Assembly (NCBI RefSeq): GCF_009914755.1
Contig: NC_060928.1
Source: the human T2T-CHM13v2.0 reference genome, Homo sapiens
Strand: one strand, 5' to 3'
Length of the DNA stretch: 64,000 bases
In this document: positions 55,201 through 64,000 of the stretch, piece by piece
Position numbering within the stretch: position 1 is the first letter of the stretch
Layout of the letters: the number at the start of each line of letters is the position of its first letter
Program-made: the position numbers and the translations under genes
The notes under the pieces: model-generated
The model's database searches: none
The model's input: only the letters and a program-made list of their open reading frames with translations
Told to the model about the DNA's origin: nothing

Positions 55201-58092
55201 ACTGAGGCTGCACTGCCAGTTAGAGCCGCTGGGCGAGGGACAAAGAAGGGCCTTCGGGTGTGGGGAAAGCAGGCACCCCAGCTCCTACACTAAGGGCACC
55301 CTGGGCAGAGAGGGAGCCCAGTGGGGGGCACCCAAGACCCATGAGGAATTGGCTGTGGTGTCAAGAGGTCAGCCAGGCCAAGCAGGGCCCTGAGGGTCAG
55401 GGAAAGGAGAGGGCATTGTCGTGAGTGGGGCTCAGCTGTTAGATGGATTGTTTACATTAAAGGCCAGCCAGGAGGCGGAGCAGAGAGAGGAGTAGCCAGG
55501 CCACAAGAAGGCTGAGGGACAGGTAGACACGGAGGGGAGAAAGCCAGGGTGGCCTCCAGGTTTCTGGCTGGGGCTGCCAGGTGGACGGTGGTGGCACAGC
55601 CTGAGGTAGGGTCCTGGGGGTGGTTCCCGGCGGGGTCCGAGCTTAGTCTTAGAGGGTACAAGGGGGCCCAGGAGGGACTGGGGCTCTGATGCAGATGTGG
55701 GAGTGCGCTGAGCCCCTGCTGCCCTGGGGACAGGCATAGCAGGAGGTGCTACTCAGGGCACCCACCGTTGATTATTTAGGAAGCAGCTGTCACGCCTGTT
55801 CTTTATCCTGACCTGGCCCATCTGATTGCTGATGTGCTCCTGCTGAGCCCCCCACACCACACTGAGGACTGGCCACAGGATCTGGTGGCACTCAGTCTTC
55901 TGGGAACTTGGCAGTGTGCCTGTCCTACTTTGCGCTCCAAGCCTCGGACGTCACCTCCAGGAACCCTCCCACTGTGGGTGATGTCTACAGTCACCTACAC
56001 AGCCCCAACTCTCATGGGTGGACGTGCTCGTTCTTGCCTGGCCCAGGGCAGGCCGTGGTGAGCTCAGGGGTCCTGCCTGTCAGTTTGGTGCCCTCGGCTA
56101 CGCAGGGCCTGTTAGAAGGGTGCCCTCCCTGCCAGGGCCTCCAGCCACTGTCTGTCCTGTTCCCGCCTCAGAGTTCAGCCAGCATAGAAAGAGAGGGCTG
56201 AGGACCATTCAGCCTGTCCATTCACGAGAATCATTGTCAGTGTCACAGAGGCTGATGGGATGCCTGTGGTGCAGGGTGACCCCAGCTTCCCCATGTGGGG
56301 GATGCGCCGGTGGTGCAAGGCCACCACCCTGTGCCCTGTCTCTGGCACAGGGATGATGACAGCACACAGCACATCCTCTTTTCTTTCTACCTTTCCCTTT
56401 GGCACAGCCCCTTGTTGTGGGCGTCACGAGAGGCGCAGAGAGATCGTGGAGGTCAAGGGCTTGCCCAGGACCAGTGAGGGAGGGAGGGAGAGGGCAGCAG
56501 CACCCTTGGAGACGGGAGGATTACATCATATTTATTTACCACATGCCTAAGATCGCACTCTTAAGAGCATTTGACATACATCCAAAAATTTTTAAACACT
56601 ATGGAAGTATGTCTGGATGCATCAGTAATATGAAAGTGGAAGCCAGCTGCCCTGCTCCCAGCCCACTTTGGGAAAATTTTGTGCATGTTTTGAGCCAGCT
56701 GTTTGGGAAGGGAGGCCCCAGCCACTGCCCCTTGGGTGGGTTTGATGTTCATTGTGTGGGAAGAAGCCTTCCCTCCATCCTTTTCTATTTCTGCAGAATA
56801 TCTGCTCAATCAGGGAGTTGAGCTTGGCAGTTCAGCTGCTCAGCCAGGGAGGTGCTGTGTCCTGGACTATGCTAGGATTTCAGAAGGAGAGAGGGCAGCT
56901 GCAGGCCCTGTTTGCAGTGGCTTCCTCCTGGAATCCCCGTCTGCTCCCTGTGTACTGTCCAGCGTCGTAGTGGAAGCTGGTGGCGAGACGGGTGAGACCC
57001 ACGGACATAGATGGCATCCACGAAGGCTGGCGGAGCCTGTGATAGACGATGGACGATGACCCAGGTTCCAGCAAGATATGGCAGTGGGCTGTGCCGGGAA
57101 GGGGCGCATCCTGGAGGATGCCCTAGGTAGTGCCTGAGAAAGTGAGGGTCATTGACTGATTCCACGTGGCATCCATGAATCTCTCAAATCCATAGGGCCC
57201 GTGCATGACAAATAATTAAAAAGATGTAGGGTGTTCTCCATGGAACCTCACAGAGGGAAGGAGACCTGCCCATGGTATCCAGCTCTGATCACACTGCTAT
57301 TTTGTGATTGATAGGCAGACTTTCAAAGAATGAGTTAGATTCAGGACCCTTTTAGTTGTAAGTGACAAAATCTCAATATAAATTGACACAAGCCAAAAAA
57401 GTAGAGGGGCAAGGGATTGATGAGTCCATAGATCTGTAGAGCCTAGAGTAGTTTGCTTCAGGCACGGCTGGATCCAGGGGCTCAGATGATGTCATCAGGA
57501 AGTAGTCCCCCGCCCCCATTCCACTCTGCTTTCCTGTGCTGCCTGTGTCTCAGGGGCTCTGCCCACAGGGTGACCTTCCACAGTTCAAGCTGGCATCCAC
57601 GTGCCAAGATGAGCAGAAGGTGAAAGCCCATTTCCCAGCAGTTCTAGCACAAACTCCGCTGGGCTGTGTCCATCCCTGAACCAGGTGCTGTAGTCAGGGA
57701 GATGACCTGGCAACTCTGATTGGCCAGGTGGGGGTGCGGGCCTTCTGTGCAGCGCAGGGGAGGGGGCAGTGCCACCCAGACCATGAGGACTGAGAGTGGC
57801 GGGGTTCCCCAAAAGGGACATCAAGGTGCAGTCATCAGAAAAAGCAAGGAACGGAGGTCGAGCACACAGAAAACACGTGTGTTTGATGGTTCTTGGTGGT
57901 CCACACTGATGCAGCCGGCTTCTGGGGGTGATCTTTCTGGCACTGAGCAGTGAGCATGCTGGGATTTGCCTTTGAGCCCACGAAGGCTCCTGCTTCATGG
58001 ACTGAGCTAACTGGTCTGCAGGACGAGCCCACCACTGCCATATGGAAGCTGGAATAATGAAGAGGGTGTGTGTACATCTCAAAGAGATTCTG

Positions 58093-58395
<303 letters not shown>

Positions 58396-59154
58396 AGAGA
58401 GAGAGATTCTGTATATCGGGGAGATGTCTTGAAATGTCAGGCTGTGAATAACTTCTGTGAAAAATTAATTATGGACTGGAAGAATCTTTTTAGACCACCA
58501 TATAGACTTGGACCTTCCATGTTTTGATTTTTTTAAAAAAGGGAAGAATAATATGACTTGTGAACTTAGGTCAAGTAAGGAGACTTGAATTCACTAGAGG
58601 TGCTGGCGTTGTGGTGGGAAGTACAGCAACAGCCCTGGGGTCTCCTGGGGAAGTGGGGGAGGGAAGAGAAAGCCTCCTCTTGTGAACAGCAACTTTGGAC
58701 CACTCACTACAAAGCATCTCTTTTCATCATAAACCATCCTATCAGATTGATGTTAACGATCAGATTGAAGCTGCTTCGGAGCAGTGATGTGGCCTGCACC
58801 AGGTTGCACAGCACCTTACTGTGGAGCATGGATCCACACGTGCGTCTGTGTCATTGTGATCGCTCACGCTGCTCTGTGGGCCCATGGCCTTGGTGCCTGC
58901 AGGCTCTGTGTCTGCAGTTCCTCTAGGGATAGTGAGTCTGCTGCTGAGCCCGCAGCCAGAAACCACGCTGGGGGGCTGGCAGGGTGAAGGCAGCAAGGAA
59001 GGAGAACTGTCCTTGATGGATTCAGGGAGCACCAAGGTCTGGGGGCTCTGGGGAGGGTGGGTGTCCAAAAGGGCTGCCCTGCGGGACCTGATGCCATCTC
59101 TGAGCAGCGTCCTTGAGGACCCCTGCAAGGAAGCTGAGCCCGAAACTCTGTGCA

Positions 59155-59450
59155 AGAGTTGCGTCCAGGGAGAGTTACATCCAGGGAGAGTTACGTCCAG
59201 GGAGAGTTACGTCCAGGGAGAGGGGCGTCCAGGAAGAGGGGCATTCGGGGAGAGGGACATTCAGGGAGGAGTCTTCCAGGGACGGGGACATCCAGGGAGA
59301 GGGGCGTCCAGCGAGAGGAGCCTCTAGGGAGGGGTACATCCAGGGAGGTGGCCTGTCAGGGAGGGTGGTGTCCAGGGAAAGCAGCATCAAGGGAGAGGGG
59401 TGTCCAGGGATGGGGGCATCCAGGGAGGGGGGCTTCCAGGGAGAGGGGCC
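59155..59450. repeat. 16-bp G-rich minisatellite, about 18 diverged copies
   Basis: Unit gtccagggagagttac grading into gtccagggagaggggc. Confidence 0.92.
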
Positions 59451-60212
59451 TTTGTGTTGGCGAGTTGTCCATCCACAGGGCTGGAGTGCGTGTGCCTGAC
59501 CACGAGAGCTTGTGAAGAATCCATCTGATTCTTCCCTTCTCCAAACACATGCCTCACCCACACAGCCTTACCTGTGAGGGCCTCACCTGCCACCTGCGAC
59601 TTTTGAGTTGTCCCAGCCTCCTTCTGCCCTCTCCAAACTGGGTGTGACCCTTCCTCTCTGCCTTTGCACCTGGCCACATCCCATGGTCTCCCACTGGAGT
59701 CCTGTCTCCTGTACACCTGGGTCATCTGAAGGCAGTGGCCAGGCAGCATTTGGTGCTGCAGAGCCGGTTCAGAGCCTGGCACGGTATGGTTCTGGGAAAG
59801 CCCTGGGTGAGTTGGACCAGAAAGGCTGGTCCTCAGTGTGGTGTTACTGGGAACCATGCAGCCTGTCCCGTTGTCAGCCAGCCTTGGGTGAAATGGGTAA
59901 GACTGCATGATGCTTTTGTAAATTCAGGTAACTTCTTAGGAAGTAAAATGCAGCACAAACTGTAGTTGATGTTTTGACCCTTGGTCTAATAATTCAACTG
60001 GAGAACCTGTGCTAGGAAAATGACTTCCCAAAAGAAAAGAAACGGTTCATGGCACCACCGTAGAAAACAAGAGGTTATTGGAAGCAACCTACAGACCTGA
60101 TGGAGAGGAGGGGAGGGTCAGTAACCTGACTCTGTCTCCTTGATGGATCTAGGAGCCACCAAAATGGTGAGCTGACTGCAGCGCATCGTGGGAAGCCAGA
60201 GAACAATCCACT

Positions 60213-60572
60213 GCTGTGGACTGAAAGTTTGTGTCTCTCCCAGATTCATTTGCTGAGATCTTCACCCCCAGTCCCATGGTGTTAGGAGGTGGGGCCTTTG
60301 GAGGTGATGAATCATGAGCGATGGCTTTACGGTGGAATTAGTGCCCCTATAAAAGAAACCTCAGGGAGCTCCCTTGCCCCTTCCACCCTGTGAGGACACA
60401 GCCAGAAGACCTGAAACAAAAAGCAGGCCCTCAGTAGACACGGAGTCTGCAACACTATGATCTTGGACTTCCCAGTCTCCAGAATCGAAAGAAATACATT
60501 TCTGATGTTTGTAAGCCACCAGCTTGGTCTATGGTATTAATATTTTTGTTATAACAGCTCGAACAGACTAAG
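60213..60572 (+). mobile_element. MLT1A-like MaLR LTR
   Basis: tgctgtggactgaaagtttgtgtc..ggaggtggggcctttgg..gatcttggacttcccagtctccagaa..gaacagactaag. Confidence 0.82.
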
Positions 60573-61027
60573 GCATTCACTCTTAAGAAGGAAAAGGTAA
60601 TATCAAGATGTATATACACTGATTATAATATCCAAAAAATGTGGTTTTTGTTGGTACAATCATGGAAAACATGAACTTGATTTGTTGGGGTTCTGGGCTT
60701 CGGGTACAGGTGCTTTGTATTATTTAGGTCATGGGCTGTCAAACTTGAGTCCTTGGATCTTTCTAGAGCCCCAGCTAGAGCAGGCCTAGGCCAAGGGGTG
60801 TGATGGTGGGACTTGGCTCTGTGCTCGCCTCCTTCCCATGCCTCCCACCCCGAGCGCTTTGAGTTGCTGTTGAACCACCTCACCCGCATAGAGTTTGCTC
60901 ATCTTGCTCTGGCGCTGCTTGTGACCGGAAGGCAAACAGTGGCTTTCTGGGCATCTTCCCTGTCTGTGTCTGTGTCTCTCTGTACTCCTGGCCTGGATTT
61001 GAAAGTGACAAGCAGCAGCAGATCTGA

Positions 61028-61291
<264 letters not shown>

Positions 61292-61953
61292 TGAGATCGG
61301 GGTCAGGAGCCAGCGTGGTGCACCCTACCCCACTTGAGCCCCATGTTGGTAGGGTGCCCATGTTCACTGTGCCAGTTTTCCTCCTGGCACTCCTCTGGGG
61401 AGCAGCGCTCATCCCCCTTTTGTCCAACTCACACCTCATCTTGGGCATCACCTCCTCCAGGATGACCTCCTGGCTTCCTGCAGCTGCCTGCTCAGTGCCA
61501 CCCCTCAACATACACTGTGTATGCTGCCCACTCTTGTCTCCCTGACTGGCCTTTCACCTGGCTGTTAGCTGTGTGCACGGGGCCCTCAGAGCGGTGACCA
61601 TTCACTTGGGCATCAGCCAAGGGCTGGGCTTTGTGCCAGTGCTGGGGACATGATGTGGCCCTCTCTTCATGGGTGACAGGTTAGTGGAAGAAGCAGACCC
61701 AAAAAACCCAAGTAGACAAGACACAGAAATACAGTGATTTTGAATTCTGGTGAGGGGAGAAGCCAGCAGAACGCTGAGACGGGAGGTGGCAGGGGGTCCT
61801 GTGTCCTCTGTGGAGGCAAGTTCTCACCACCTCACTCTGTCCCCTTGCACAGGGCTCAAGCAAGTGACCACAGTTATCCTGAGCAGTTTCCTGCCCCCTC
61901 TTCTCCCTAAAGAGGAGAAAAGCTTCCACGCGAAACCATAAATTAAGAATTTC

Positions 61954-62255
61954 TGGCTGGGAGCGGTGGCTCACGCCTGTAATCCCAGCACTTTGGGAGG
62001 CTGAGGCGGGTGGATCACCTGAGGTCAGGAGTTCGTGACCAGCCTGGCCAACATGATGAAACCGTGTCTCCACTACAAATAGAAAAATTAGCCAGACATG
62101 GTGGTGCATGCCTGTAATCCCAGCTACTTGGGAGGCTGAGACAGGAAAATCACTTGAACCCAGGAAGTGGAGGTTGCAGTGAGCCGAGATCGCACCACCA
62201 CGCTCCCAACTGAGCAACAGAGCAAGACTCTGTCTCAAAAAAAAAAAAAAAAAAA
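61954..62255 (+). mobile_element. AluS in WFS1 intron 3
   Basis: Full Alu body with poly-A tail. Confidence 0.92.
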
Positions 62256-62989
62256 ATTTCTTTCCTGACCTCACAGCCAGATTGTACTTTAAAGTTCCTC
62301 CCACATCCTTTTGCCCAGGCATTTGGAGGCCGGGGGAGCATAGTAAGCCCTTTTATGGGCTCTCTGTGCCCTGGGCCTCACTTTTTCCATCTGTAGAATG
62401 AGAAGACTGGACCATTTCAGCAGGGATTCTTTTTGCAAAGGGCCAGATAGTGAATATTCTGGACTCTGCGCAATCTCTGCCGTGTTGCTCAGCTTTGCTG
62501 TGGAGCACGTAAAAGCAGCATGGACAACATGTAAATGAATGGTTATGGTTGTATTTCAATAAAACTTTATTTGCAAAAACAGGCAGTGGGCCAGTGCTAA
62601 CCCTTGGTTAGCTGGCGTCTCTCCAGCCCTGGCTTTCTATGGTCCCCTGACTGTTTTGAGAGGTGTAAAGGACCCAGTCATGGTTCTGATTTCCATGCAT
62701 TGATGGTGAGCCTTGGCAGGCAGGAGCAACTCAAGGAAGAGAACCTGTACCAGTACCAGTCGGAGCCCGTGTCTCCCTCGCCGTGTGGATGGGGTGGCCA
62801 CACCTTCCTCACCGTGTTTTGAGGAGCGAGTGGCCGGAGGCTCAGTAGGGCCTAGCCTAGTGGACATGCCTGGTGTGACCCCATTTCCGCCCCTTCCTTC
62901 CTGGCCTGGGTGACAAAGGGAAGTGGGTGAAAGGAGGTGGGCTGGCAGGGAGCATGGGGTGGGAGAGGGTCGGAGAATCTGGAGGCTGA

Positions 62990-63163
<174 letters not shown>

Positions 63164-63956
63164 TGAGGCTTAGAACAGCCTCTGGAGGGTTGAGCAGCTT
63201 GTAATGCTGCTTGCTAACTGAACAACTAAAATCTTACCAAACCTAACGCTGGTGATGCTGTTGGGAAATTTCAGTTTCTGTTTTGCTGGTGGCCTTGTCA
63301 TTTTAGACACTGTTTCTGGACTTAACATGGGATATTTAACAGACCAAGCCATTTTCATTCTCTTTGGCTTGTGTTGGTATCTCCAAGTGGTAACTATACA
63401 TCCTGCTTCCCTGCTGGGTTCTGATCCAAACTGAGACATCGATCCTGGGTTCAGCTGAGAGGCAGTTTCCCTGAGGCAAAGCTGGAGACTGTAATGTGGC
63501 CTGCAGTCAGAGTGGCCCATGCCCCTGAGCTGATGTCCGTCGAGTCTGGGCAGACCAGCTGAGGGGCTGTGGGCCCACACAGACCTGGACAAGCATGTTC
63601 ACTTTGGGAGGAGGCAGGCTGACCCTTCATAGATAATCTCTTTCAAACAGAGAGGCAGGGGAGGAAAGGGACGCAGCTCAGGCCAGGGGTGGTGAGTTAG
63701 GACGTTGTCCTGCGCAAGGGAAGTGGCTGTCCCTGGTGCCGTGGGGCAGTGTGCTTCCTGAAGGTTCCACGCCTCAGGGAAAGATGAAAGTGGGTGTCAC
63801 AAAGGTGTTTTTTCTAATGATACCTTTTTTTTCAGATTGTAAGAGTATTTTATGCTTATCATAGAAAACTTGGACTATGTAGAAAACATAAAGATACAAA
63901 TTACTCATAACCTTGAAGCCCAGAAGCAACTCCCCATATTTTGGTGTATTTCCTTC

Positions 63957-64000
63957 TGTGTTTGTTGTTGTTGTTTTGAGATGGAGTCTCACTCTGTCGC
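63957..64000 (-). mobile_element. Alu 3' end, truncated by the window edge
   Basis: (GTT)n tail then tgagatggagtctcactctgtcgc. Confidence 0.85.

Noticed and set aside
58884-59561. Repetitive Gly/Arg-rich ORFs
   Set aside because: Translations of the 16-bp minisatellite.
61681-62322. 213-aa ORF and the many similar ORFs with LECSG/PPASASQ motifs
   Set aside because: Antisense or sense Alu translations.

Overview
Human genomic DNA: GC-rich, dense in Alu, MIR and LTR elements, and recognisable as 4p16.1 because the right third holds the CpG-island promoter and first four exons of WFS1 (wolframin) on the + strand (exon 1 43866-44030, ATG 51460, coding exons 51460-51691, 61113-61195, 63008-63152; the gene continues past the window). 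The main non-obvious signal is in the first 15 kb. Six spliced + strand exon relics (910-987, 2001-2123, 3776-~3896, 6856-6962, 11252-11452, 15118-15249) join into a dead, intron-containing gene for an HMG20A/HMG20B-like protein: basic GWPKGKKR motif, full HMG box, an extra C-x2-C-x12-H-x5-H zinc finger that HMG20A/B lack, an acidic linker and an HMG20-like C-terminal coiled-coil remnant. Every exon carries a frameshift or stop, so it reads as an unprocessed, probably unitary, pseudogene. The ORF track shows it only in fragments. The middle of the window is TE-rich intergenic DNA with an orphan CpG island next to an AP-1-bearing LTR10 and several nested insertions. Protein and repeat family assignments come from recalled consensus sequences, not database searches. 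Almost all listed ORFs are spurious.
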